A stretch of 64,000 nucleotides of DNA, from NCBI RefSeq assembly GCF_009834535.1, contig NC_045698.1, positions 2,668,001 through 2,732,000 on the forward strand, written 5' to 3'. The notes beneath the pieces were generated by a model, which saw only the letters and a program-made list of their open reading frames with translations, had not been told where the DNA came from and made no database searches. Shown here piece after piece: positions 1 through 11,150 of the stretch. The DNA is from Camelus ferus (taxonomy: Eukaryota). The first letter of the stretch is position 1. Every line of letters starts with the position of its first letter. The position numbers and the translations under genes are program-made.

Positions 1-1522
1 CTTACTGCATTTCAGGAGTGCAGTCTTCCTCCCCTGTGACCGAGTAACTTCAACACTTAGCTTCACAAGTGGTCGCTTTGGGGTCTCAAGAGAGAGACGG
101 ACCAGACATGTACTGGGCCCCCGAGTGATTGCAATGGCTACAGCCAACGGGTGAATCCAAAGGAAAATCTGAGAGGGATTTTTACAGCATGTAAATGTAG
201 TTAGAATGTGTGCACGTCTTAAAGCAAGAGGTGTCTGAACAATGAAAGATCATCCTGCAACCGTATCGGTACACGTGTAACTCTTAGGGACTCACAGACG
301 TCCGTGTAAAGCTGGTGACAGAGAATTCACTCCTCATGCATGGCGCACGATGTCAGGACAGTGACGTGACTGTCCCCCAGCCGCGCTTCCTCCCGCGGGC
401 GGCGGGCTGTGCGGAGACCTAGTGCCCTGGGCCCCGACCCCCTCCCTGTCCTGGGAGAGGCAGAGGCCCGGTGCCTGTAAGCAGGCCACCTTCCCGCTTT
501 GTCCCCGTCTTTACTGCCTTGCAGTTTCCTTGCAAGTTTTCCTTGCAAAACTCCTACGGCAGTTGAAGGAAACAGAAATCACAAGTGAAGTGTCTTTGAC
601 TGCGCTGTTTAATTTACTCGCATTTGATTCCTCACTGATCCTGGCTGCTCCACTTCCATGAGGACGGCTGAGCACGACGTACGAGAGGAGGCGAGTGGCT
701 CCAGACACCAGGCTGTGGAGACACGGGGCACCGCTCTACTCAAGCTGCTTCTCCGGGGGGTGTGTCCAATGCCTGAACGACCATCTGAACACCAACCGTG
801 GAAAACTCTGGAACCTTACACTTTAGACAGCAGGTTTAACCAGGAGCAGATGAGGAGTTAGTCAGCCCCGTCGTAACTGGACGTTTGCGACGTGTTCTGA
901 GGTGCCCACCCTCCTTGACAGGCAAAGGGGCTCACCTGTGACCATGCGGTGAGTTTCTTCTCCCTGCAGAGGAGGTGAGTCTTAGAGGAACAAGGTCTTT
1001 AGCTCCCTACCTGCCTGGCTCCTGGAGGCCGCGTCACCTGTGTCAGTCACTGTGTTGCCTCCGGTCAGGGCTCTGGTGACGGGAGGTCTGGACGGCCCCC
1101 TCCCAGCGCGTCCCAGAATATGAACTAAAAACAGCTCCTTCATTTCGTGTAAAGCCCTTACACTTGTGGGCTGGGGGACGTGTCACCTTAGCTCATCACC
1201 CACCTGTCCCTTCAGCCGGTGGAGCAGCCTGCACTGCAGGGAGCAGTTAAGCTGGGACTCCTCCCAGGGTCACTTCAAGAAATGAATGTTCAAACGCAGG
1301 GACGTGAAGGCGATATAAACAGATGTTACGCATATCCAGTCCTGACTGTGCGTGTGTGTGTCCCTTTATTAATGCACAGATGTGTGCAGATTGTACACAG
1401 GCACACATCTTAAAATGAAATGACTTTGACCTCATTATGAGATCAACGTGTATATTTTGTCCTGTTAACTATTGAAGCAAATATAATAATGAGATCTTCT
1501 TACTTGTACTTCGTTTTCTATC

Positions 1523-1987
1523 TTTTTATTTTTTTAATTGAAGCATAGTTGATTTAAAATGTGTCAGTCTCTGGTGTACAGCACTGTGATTCAGGTATAT
1601 ATGTCTTTTCATATCCTTTTTCATTCTATGCTGTTGCAAGATGCTGAATACAGCTCCCAGTGCTCTATAGCGGAGCCCTGTCGTTTACCTAGTTCACGAA
1701 CAGTGGTGTGCGTGTGCAAATCCCCAACTCGGAGTTCATCCTGCCCCTTCCCCTTCCCCCCAGACACTATAAGTTTGTTTTCTGTGTCTGTGAGTCTGTT
1801 TCTGTTTTGTAAATAAGTTCATTTGTGCCATTTTTTTTTTTTTTTTTTTTTTTTAGATTCCACATATGAGCGATCTCATATGGTCTTTTTCTTGCTCTTT
1901 CTGGCTTACTTCACTTAGAATGACGATCTCCAGGTCCATCCATGTTGCTGCAAATGGCGTTATTTTGTTTTATTTTTTATGGCTGAG
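1523..1987 (-). mobile_element. 5'-truncated LINE-1 3' end (camelid/artiodactyl-type L1 3' UTR)
   Basis: A T-rich tail is followed by aattgaagcatagttgattt...tagattccacatatgagcgatctcatatgg...acttcacttagaatgacgatctccaggtccatccatgttgctgcaaatggc, the reverse complement of an L1 3' UTR. It is paralogous to the copies at 10385 and 16234 and carries an internal T24 at 1831-1854. Confidence 0.9.
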
Positions 1988-3795
1988 GAGTCTCATGACT
2001 TATACTTTGGGGATGACCTGTCTTTTTATAAGCAAACCATGCAAATCACCTGTTTTATTCCATTGAACATTAGAGTGTTTCCACGCATCAGAGTGAAAAC
2101 CTGCCCCACTTAGGGAGGAGGGTTTGGATACGTTCACTCACCTACTCAGTAGGATGAAGCCTGGGTGACACTCACGTGGTCCTTTTAAACTCACAGACTA
2201 GGAAATACTTCAGATGTCAAGGATTTCTCTGCAATTTCATGATATTTTAAGCTAGAATTTTCAGGAAAGAGAAAATAAAATAGATTTACTATGTGTCATA
2301 ATTGGGCCCAGCTTTCAACCCGTTACTTCTTCTGGGTAATGAATAGCCTGTATTCTTCCTGCAGAAATTAAGGATAAAATCCAGACCTCCTGAAACACCA
2401 GCGGAACCACCTGAACTGAAGTTCACCTTTCTCCTCCAGGCTGTTATTCCAGAAGGGAGTATTGATCAAACAGCTTTAGTACCGAATTGATCCATTCAAC
2501 TCCAGAGACATTTCTTGTGAGAGTTGTATCTCTATGAAGAACCCCAGCTCTCGTGAATTGAAGGCACCTTTTATCTAAGAAGTATTATTACCATGGAAAA
2601 TGCCCAAAGGAAAGTAATTTTGTGTCTTTCAATGTATTTTTTCTTAGACCATCTCAATAAATTAACAGTCACTTTTTTCAAAATCCTCTTTGTTCATGTT
2701 GGGCTTTTATTTATTTTCCATAGCAAAATTTGATTTATTTTTATGCATTTCAGAGGCTTTTGATTTGGGGACAAAAAGTATTCAAAACAGTTATTCCCCA
2801 AGTATAGCTTCTGGATATTATTTTATACGTAACTCTTGTCTCATTTTTATTTCTATTGTCCATAGCTAATAATAACTTTTAGAGAGTCTTCTCTTTGAGT
2901 AGCACTTATTAGCAATGCAGAAAATAGTTGAAAACTAGGAGGGGCGTTTTTTTCCGAGAATTCCTATGTCAGTAGGTACATATCTCTGTGAATTAATTTA
3001 GGTGAAGCCCCGGTGGAAAAACACAAGGGAAGTTTTTATGGTTTCTTTAGCTCTCTTATCTTTTTTATTTAATAAGGGGTAGTTTTTTTTTTTATATATT
3101 GCTTCTGGCAGAGAGCAAGAGAGCATGGGAGAGAGGGAGGGAGGGGACAGTGATAAATGAGAGTGAAGCAACTGGAAAGTTGTCAGTTGGAAAGCTTTGC
3201 TTTTTGACTGTTCAGAGAGGAGTGAGAACAAATCGCAACCATATTCCACTCATATCAGAATCACTCAGGTTGCTTAGAAAACTCAAGCTGTGTGTGGAGA
3301 GCTGACCACAGGGCCACCTGCCCCAGGGGTGGAGGGCTGGGTGGCCGCTGCCCAGACTCTCCATCACCTCATCTAAAGAACTCGAAGGAAGGGTCATCCA
3401 GTTTTCAGACATTTTCCATGGAAACACATTTCTGGAACCAACTTCTTTGGCTCCAGCTGCGAGCTGTGGAAGCCAGCAAAGGCACCGATACTTCATTCAC
3501 TGGAGGCTTGGTCTGGACCCAGACGAGACAGCACGTGGCCGCCCGCAGTGCCAGGGCTGGTCCCTGCGGATGGAGGAAGCTTCGTCTTCCCTCTGCTCAG
3601 CGGTCCTGGCCTCTGGGGAAGCACTGTGTCCCCCGGCCTCTCGAGACGGGAAACGCCTTCCACAGGGACACTCAGAGCCTTGCTGCACACACATCCTGTG
3701 GTGTCGTGGTGGTCGAGGGGGCAGAGCCGCAGGGGGGATTGCTGTGCCGGCTGGATGCCTCCGAGGGGAAGATTCTTGAGAGAGGCGTGTGACCT

Positions 3796-3897
3796 TCTCT
3801 CCTTCCTCCCCCTCCCCCACCATGTCTAATTCTTCTAATTTTCTGCCATCTCCTTCTTCCCCTTCCTCTTCATCTCCTCCTCCTCCTCCTTCACCTT
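3796..3897. repeat. (CCT/CTT)n low-complexity pyrimidine tract
   Basis: Directly visible: ccttcttccccttcctcttcatctcctcctcctcctccttcacc. Confidence 0.8.
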
Positions 3898-4985
3898 GAC
3901 GTGGAAAGAGAAACTCACGTGGTAGGATGGATCGTGCCAATCCAAAGCCCTTCCTTCCCACCTGGGGAGGAGGCGCCTTGGACTGGCTCCTGCTTGCTGG
4001 CTCTGCCCACCTTGTGCTCCCCCCGCGAAGCTCTCGCACACGCCCCTGGGGCTGTTTCCCCGCCGAGATGAGCCTCTAAAAGTCAGAAGATCAGTGGGTG
4101 ACCAATGGCTGGATACCCGAGTCCCTCCCCAGCAGCCTTCTCTAGGAGCGTGCTACAGTTTAGCCAAATACACACAGAACCCTTTCAACTATAAGCAGAT
4201 AAAAGATTTAAATATTTCAGTCCTGTAATCCTATAAACCATCACCTGTTACACTGATGGAAATTAAGTGGTGAACCACAGTCACTATTTACTTGCCAATT
4301 TGTAAGGAAAAAGATACAGATCGACTGGAATGGCACCACTGCTACTCAAAAACAGTCAGGCTGCAAAACCATAGCTCTGATGGAATCTGTTATCTGTTTA
4401 ACTTCCATAATGTTTTCCAACGGCTTCAGTTGGTGAGAACAGATAAGCTACCAGTATTTCTTCAGATAATGTGCAATCAATATTTCCTAGATTATATAAT
4501 ATATTCTAAGTGTGATCCTTCCAATTAAAAAAACTGCACAGGAGGTTTTCAAACACGTGGGCGGAAATGGGTGGAAGCCACTTGTCACATTCGGAAGAGA
4601 GGCTGGGTGGGAGGAGGTCTCTCTGCCTCGCTCCTCAGCAGAGAGAGGGGGTGGAGACGGTGAACGGGAAAGGGGAAGCTCTGTGCGCTCTTTCCCAGAC
4701 GTGATTTTCTGGCTGTGGGAGTCTTGTTGAATTTTACTTAGTCTATTCGCTTCAGAAATGTTTTTCCCATTGAGGTTTTTTTAATTAATGACATAAGTTT
4801 TATCCTCCATCTTTTTCATTTTGTAGTTGAGAATGTCCGGTTTTTAGAGAACTGGACACAGGACAGGAGAGAAGGGTCTCAGGGGACGCTTCCTCCAGGG
4901 CTGAGTGACAGAACCACCCGCTTCTGACCAGCCCTGCAGGGCGGGGGAAGGAGGGCTCTGGGAGACCTGGGCTGTGCTGCTTCGG

Positions 4986-5171
4986 TTAGGGTTAGGGTCA
5001 GGGTTAGGGTTAACATCAGGGCTAAGGTCAGGGTCAGGGTTAGGGTAAAGGTCAGGGTTAAGGTTAGGGTCAGGGTTAGAGTTAAGGGTAAGGTTAGGGT
5101 TAGGGTTAAGGTCAGGTTTAGGGTCAGGGTTAGGTTTAGGTTTAAGTTTAGGGTCAGGGTCAGGGTTAGGG
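4986..5171 (+). repeat. Interstitial telomeric-like array: 31 in-phase hexamers (TTAGGG, TCAGGG and variants)
   Basis: Parsed by hand: 10 TTAGGG, 9 TCAGGG, and the remainder variants such as TTAAGG, TTAGGT and TTAGAG, with no indel. Confidence 0.95.
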
Positions 5172-5982
5172 TTCGGTATGGAAAGGAGCTGCCCGGAAAG
5201 TGGTGCTTCTCGTATTTGGAAGAGAAATGTGGGGAACCAACCACCTGTGTTGCTGCAGACACCGCAAGCCTTTCCCCATTGGGGCCACGGAAGTCACTGC
5301 TGGCCGAGGCTCGGGGCGTGTATTTAATGAAAAGTCTTGAGATTCAACCCCCGAAGTGCCTGTGTTTCTCGTCCTCAGCTTCTGAACGCAGTCTGCGCAA
5401 ACCGCGAGCCAGTGAGCAGACGGATGGGCTGCAGCTCCCTTCCGACCAGCCCGCGCCTCCACCTCTGCCTTTCAGTGCTCAGGAGTCTCAGGCCCAGCCC
5501 ACGTTACTTAAAGTATCATCACTGTGATACCACGTAGATCTTTTCACGAATTGTAGCAGCTTGTTTATTTTCCACCACCATCGCAAGCACAGCGATTTTG
5601 ACACAGTTCTATATGCAAAAGGATCCAGGCCTCAGTGCCAGCTTCTCTCGCTGGTTGACCTGCTCACGTGGGCTGGTGCACGGGCGAAGCCCCCAGCACG
5701 CGCTCGCTGAAACTCTCGGTGCTAACTGGCCCTGTAAACCATGTGTTCCTCCATTTCCATCATAAACGTGTTTTCTACTGATTTGTTGGCACTGAACTTT
5801 GTTTCAGTTACTTTTCTCACATCAGGTTTTACCTGTTGGCATGATTAAATCTGCTCTTAGACTGTGTGCCTTGCTTGAAAAGCCTCTTCCACTCTGAGAC
5901 TGTAAATACGCCCCTTCACTTTCTTCTAAACCTCGCGTGATGTTACACAGTTTCTCACATTTTAATCATGACCCAGCGGGGC

Positions 5983-6077
5983 CTTTCCTTTCTCTTCCTC
6001 GTCTTCTTCCTCCTCCTCCACCTCTGCTTCCTCTTCCTCCCACTTCTGCTCCCTCTTTTTTTGTGTTTGTTTTTTTC
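5983..6077. repeat. (CCT)n/T-rich low-complexity tract
   Basis: Directly visible pyrimidine tract. Confidence 0.75.
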
Positions 6078-8729
6078 ATCATAAAAGGAAAGAGGGCATC
6101 ACTGGGCAGGCCAGGACCACTGGCTGCTGGGAGAGGACAGGAGTGTCCCGGCCCCCAGAAGGAACAGGACATGGGGCTGGTCACTGCGCACTAGCTGAAC
6201 GCGCGTGGCGGCCAGGGCTCTCGACCTGGGACCACGGCTGCTTTGCTTCCTGAAGATGCAGCTGCGTGTGCTCCTGCACCTCGTCAGTCACGGCTTCTGC
6301 CTTCTCCCCACTTCCATCCATGTGCGCTTCACCTCCGAGTCCTCACCTGTGTTCTGGCCCGTCGGAGTCCTGGAAGGCATATCCGTGTTCTGTCGCCATG
6401 GTGATCCGAGCGCCGTGCTCCCCCGACTGGCCGTCAGGTTCCCACAGAGCTGCCTCTCCTGACTGCCTGGCTCGACTGGGGTGGGAGGTGCTGTGAGTCA
6501 AATGTGTCCTACTGACTTCGTCGACGTGCATTGCCGTTTGCCATGTGGCGGTGACTCAGAGGGTCCGCTCAGGCACGCTCAGCCACCCCCTTGTGACTGT
6601 AAAGGAGAGTCAGGCACTTGTGGGCCGACCTTGTGAGACCACATGTGCTGTCAGCAGCCTGGGGTCTGAGTGGTTTGCAGGCTGAGGCTCTGGGCATGGA
6701 GTGACCTTGGCGGGGAGCTCTTGGAAGGGGAGGCGGGAAAGTGAGCTCCAAAGAGGGAGCCGTTGTCACGTGTGGCTGTTCGGGGCCAGACCCAGCTGCT
6801 GTAACGGCACTGACCATCCAACGGGACTGTCACAGGCTGTGTCTGTGTCCCTCACTGTGGCTTTGAAGAGGGACTTTCCGTCGATGTCATACCCACCTGA
6901 AGGTGCTGGAATTTCGGAGTTTGTCTCGTAGTCTTAAGTGTGCGTATGAACAGTCACCGTGATGAGGCAGGTGGTTTACCCCTGTCTGTGTCGTGTTCAC
7001 GTTTACGTGCTCACGTAAACCCCACGAGGAGGGCGTTCACAGTGTTCAGTTGTTCGGAGAAAGCGAGGGTCACCCTGGTAATGGACAGGGGTCTAGAGTG
7101 CTCCATTCTTCTTCCTCGTGAATCAGAGAGAAGACTGTGGGGAAGGCAGGGGCTGGCGTTTCCTTTCTGCTCCTGGAGAAAAGTCATCTCATGGCAAAGC
7201 TGAGCCCAACGCAGTGGAGGGGGATGCTGGGGCGTTGCTGCCACCTGTCTGTGAATGGCTCTGCCTCCCTTGGGCCTCGGACTGTCCCTGTTGTGGGCTT
7301 GGCATCCTTATTGGAAAACAGAATGGTATTTACAGTCAACAACAGGAGACACATTTGTCCAGATGGGCAGAAATCTCCACCTCAGCCGGGAGGCAGGACC
7401 AGAGTGCTGGTCTATCAGCATGGTCCCCAGTGAGAGTCTGACCCAGGTTGGGGAAATCAAATCAAGTTCAAAGGGAATTCTTGATAACTTCCTGAGTTCT
7501 TCCACAGGTACGGTGCTCGGATTTTTACAAACTTGACTTGCAGACTGCATCTTTCATTGGGTGTTAAAACCACCACATGTGAGTGTGACGCAGACCATCT
7601 CTGGGAAGGACACGTGCAGGGAATCAACACACAATTGCAGGGAAAGGCCCACGCGCCAAAGCAAGGCCCCTCTGCCCAGCCCTGGAAGCAGACGCCAGCG
7701 GGGGAAGGGGCATGAGACCCGGAAAGCAGGCTTCAAGGTCGAGGGTGGATCCAGCTCACTGCTCCAGCGGGTTCACACTGCGCTGAACGAAATAAGCCAA
7801 ATCTGATGCAGAAGATAAGGAGGAGGGGCTGCTGAGTGTAACCGACAGCCCGCACCCCAGCTCTGAATGTGCAGGGCGCCTGCCGTCAGGAGGAATGCGC
7901 ATCTGGGGGCATGTTTGCTCCCCTCCCCAGCCTTCTGATTAGCCAGTTAGTAGACAGCATGGCCCTGCTGGCAGAGACTTAGAACCATGTGGAGGCACGG
8001 AGGAACACTTCTGTGCAGGACATGGGTGAGATCAGGGTGGACAAGTCTTTGAAAGAGCGGTCACGGCAGCGGGGCTACGGCAGCGTTGGATGCAGCGGCA
8101 GGCAGAGTAACTGAGGAGAAAAGCTGTTTTGACAAGTTCAAGATCCTTCCCATCCAGCCTCCTCTCTCTGTCTGAGGTATTTGCTATCAGAAGGGTGATA
8201 CAGACACTGACATGGCCAAGATAACATAAAGCAGATCCATTCCTGGAGCATAAATCTCCATGCGGAGCTGGGACACGCTCGCTGGATTTCATCACAGCAC
8301 TGTTTTTTCTTTTTTTCTTTTTCCCTTTCTTTCTGTCTTTTTTTCTTTTTTATAAAGCCCCTGTTACTTGTGTGATTAAGGTATTTTCCCCTGACCTTGA
8401 GACCTGTCAGGACTCAGTACGTTGCCTTAAAATGACTTCAGCTTCAAAACGTTTGACCTATAAATATGCTCGTCATTTACTCATGTGCTGCCTCCTAGGT
8501 GACACTCCTGACACCTACAGAAAGAGAGAAGCTGAAGCCTGGGGACGCTGGATGCAGTCGCACCGAAACAGCTCCCAATGGCCTCCAGGCCACCATAAAG
8601 AACACACTGTAGCTAATTACAGAAGGAGGAGGGAGAAAATATTCAACAGCCACAAATACGGGAGGGCCGAACGAACTGAAATACTGGTTTTGTTCACATA
8701 TGTCTCATAACTCATTCCGCTTTCCACAG

Positions 8730-8805
8730 GATCGTGTGTAAGGCACCAAGCATGCTAGCTGGCATGAAGCAGGCACTCAGTAAACCCGTGCTCATTTTGA
8801 ATAGC
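8730..8805 (+). mobile_element. MIR/L2 3'-tail fragment
   Basis: gtgtaaggcaccaagcatgctagctggcatgaagcaggcactcagtaaac resembles the MIR tail (gtaaagcgcttagaacagtgcctggcacatagtaagcgctcaataaat). Confidence 0.5.
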
Positions 8806-9598
8806 TGACGGTGCACAACACTGAATTCTTGGGGGACAGCTTTCTTAGCAAACAAAAATATGTATTTTTTTAATTTTAGCACCTTGTTGTGAGAAACAAG
8901 ACAGAAGTTTCCATCATCAGGTACACTATTGATTAGATTTATTATAAAAAACAAATTTAATTAATTGCAGCATTTAAGATCACTGTTATTTACTGATGGC
9001 CAGATAGGCCCTATCACCCCCACAAATGGAGGAAACAGGCAAGTTTACGGTTGACAACTTATAAACTTTAACTAATGGGTTTTCTGAACTTGTTGCTTGT
9101 TTTGAATCTGTTCATTTCTCCAGGAGGATGTGTTCACATATAAATCAGCTTGTTAAATTAATGCATTTCCTCAGAGGACAACTGGATGCTTTGCACAGCC
9201 AGGACCCTGGAGAGAAGCCAGCTGTGGGGGGTCCCGGAGGATGAGGAGAATGTTGTCACCTCAAAGGCTCTGGGGGAAAAATGGGTGCCTTGGCTTCCCT
9301 GGAGGGCGAAGGGTAAGGAGACTTGTGAGCTCCGGAGGAACACAGGGTTTTTGAAAAGTCAATCCCAATTGTGGAGGCGATTTAAGAAGCAAGCCAGCCT
9401 ACAATGGAAGAGAACAAATCATGGGGAATAAAAGCATACTGAAAGGCCATTGAAATAGGAATCAAGGAAGGGAGTCACTTTTCTGGAATGATTCACATTT
9501 TTGAAAGCGGAGCGATCAGTTAGAGGATGCGGCCAAACACCGAGTCCCCGCCGCCACGTCGTGCTGAGCGCAGCCGCGTAGCCCCTGCGGATACTCAC

Positions 9599-9670
9599 GG
9601 TCTCGATTTCCGTCTTCTGACCTTCAACTGTTGCTGTTTGATGATATTTTTTTTCTTCCGATCGCCTGAG
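9599..9670 (-). other. Candidate 72-nt internal exon, host gene unidentified
   Basis: Minus strand: acceptor ctctgtatgttttcatttttgctag|, a purine-rich body, and donor ACC|gtgagtat. Two frames are open (LRRSEEKKYHQTATVEGQKTEIET and SGDRKKKNIIKQQQLKVRRRKSR). I recognise no homology. Confidence 0.3.
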
Positions 9671-10384
9671 CTAGCAAAAATGAAAACATACAGAGCAGCA
9701 CTGAGTTCTATTTCCCTCCCGCACATCACAGAGAGACCACGACGACACCGTGTGAAGCCAAGACTGAAAACTGATTGAAAAAATACTACCAAAATACCAC
9801 CTCTGCACAGAACTCCTTAAACGGCCCGACATTTCCCCCAAGACCCTATAATTGAAAAATAAAGTGAAAACGTCGTCTGTCACGATGTTTTTAAAAATGA
9901 AATGTTTGCAGCCCGGGGCATCAGTGTCTGCTGCTGGGTGCCCCTCAGTCTGAAGCAGGGGGAGCAGAATTCAGCTTCCTAGGACTGTTTCCTCTTGGTT
10001 CGGACATTTACCACCATTCCGCCCCACGCCAGTTTCAGCATCTGAGCGCGGTAAAGCCCCCAGGAGGGAACGTCCTGGGATGCTCAGTGAAGTCTAGCCC
10101 GGGGTGGACCTGTAACAGGGGAGCGCGGGCATCCCTTTGAAACGCGTGTCAGCCAGCGACCAAGTGCACACTGACTCGGGCAGAGATCGGGAGGGCGTGT
10201 CAGGTTCTCAGCAGGCCTGGAGCCTTTCCCTTCCCTGACCCACCCCATGGGGGGCACCAGGTACTCGTCCGGTCCCTGGCGTAGCCTCTCAGGTGTTTAA
10301 TGGAAAGCCACCTGTCCAGATGGGGTGTCATGGGTCCTTAAAACAAAGTCACCTTGTGTTCACTGTCCTTCTTTTAAAAAAAAA

Positions 10385-10642
10385 TCTGTATTGATGTGTA
10401 GTTGATTTACAATGTTACTTTCAGATGTACCGCAAAGCAGTCCAGTTATACATACACATACGTGATATATTTTCTTTACAGATTCTTTTCCATTATTTGT
10501 TATTGCAAGAAGTTGAATATGGTTCCCTGTGCTCTACAGTAGGTCCTTGTTGTTTACCTATTTTATATATAGTAGTGTGTATCTGTTAATCCTCAACCTC
10601 TAATTTATCCCTCTCCGCCCTTTCCCTTTGGTAACCATGGTG
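10385..10642 (-). mobile_element. 5'-truncated LINE-1 3' end
   Basis: gtagttgatttacaatgtt...gttccctgtgctctacagtaggtccttgttgtttacc...tttccctttggtaaccat matches the other L1 3' ends in the window. Confidence 0.9.
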
Positions 10643-10712
10643 TTCTCCTATGTTCAGGTCGACTTCTCTGAGTGGTTCTTACAAAGACATTTCCGACCAG
10701 CGATGCGGCCAC

Positions 10713-11150
10713 TGTTACGGGGTGGATTATTTCTCCCAAAGATATGTTGACACCCTGATCCCAGTGCCTGTGCGTGTGACCTTATTTGGAAATAGGGTCT
10801 TTGCAGATGATCAAGGTAAGATGAGGTCCTTAAGGTGAGTCCCTAATCCAATGTGTCTGGTGTCCCTCTAAAAATGGGAAATTTGGACCCAGGCAGCCAT
10901 ACAGAGAGGATGTCACGTGAAGACTGGAGCTCTGTGGCCGCAAGAAGGGGCACAGAGGATGGCCAGCAAAGCAGCAGAAGTCAGGAGAGAGGCCAGAGGG
11001 AGATCCTCCCCAGAGTCTCCATATGGGCATGGCCCTGTGGACATCTTGAGTTTGGACTTTGGCTCCTAGATCTGTAAGAAACTAAATTTACGTTGTTTTA
11101 AGGCACCCAGTGTGTGGTACCTTGTTTCAGCCACCCAGGAAACGAACACA
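10713..11150 (+). mobile_element. MLT1 (ERVL-MaLR) solo LTR, MLT1B/C-like
   Basis: TG...CA termini, with the MLT1 motifs gtgaccttatttggaaatagggtctttgcagatg, ccctaatccaatg and gtgtggtaccttgtt...ggaaacgaacaca. Confidence 0.88.

Noticed and set aside
945..981. Donor, acceptor, 5 nt, donor cluster
   Set aside because: The spacing is too short for an intron, and the segment resembles an ancient CR1/L3-type repeat end.
3292..4039. Overlapping 166-180 aa ORFs with a Glu/Gly-rich stretch
   Set aside because: They are driven by GC richness and the (CCT)n tract; no recognisable domain or convincing splice sites.
4986..5171. Ancestral chromosome-fusion site or true chromosome end
   Set aside because: Single orientation, short length, and unique sequence on both sides.
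4879..5262. ORF with a (TL)n repeat
   Set aside because: It is the translation of the C-rich strand of the telomeric array; nothing supports coding.
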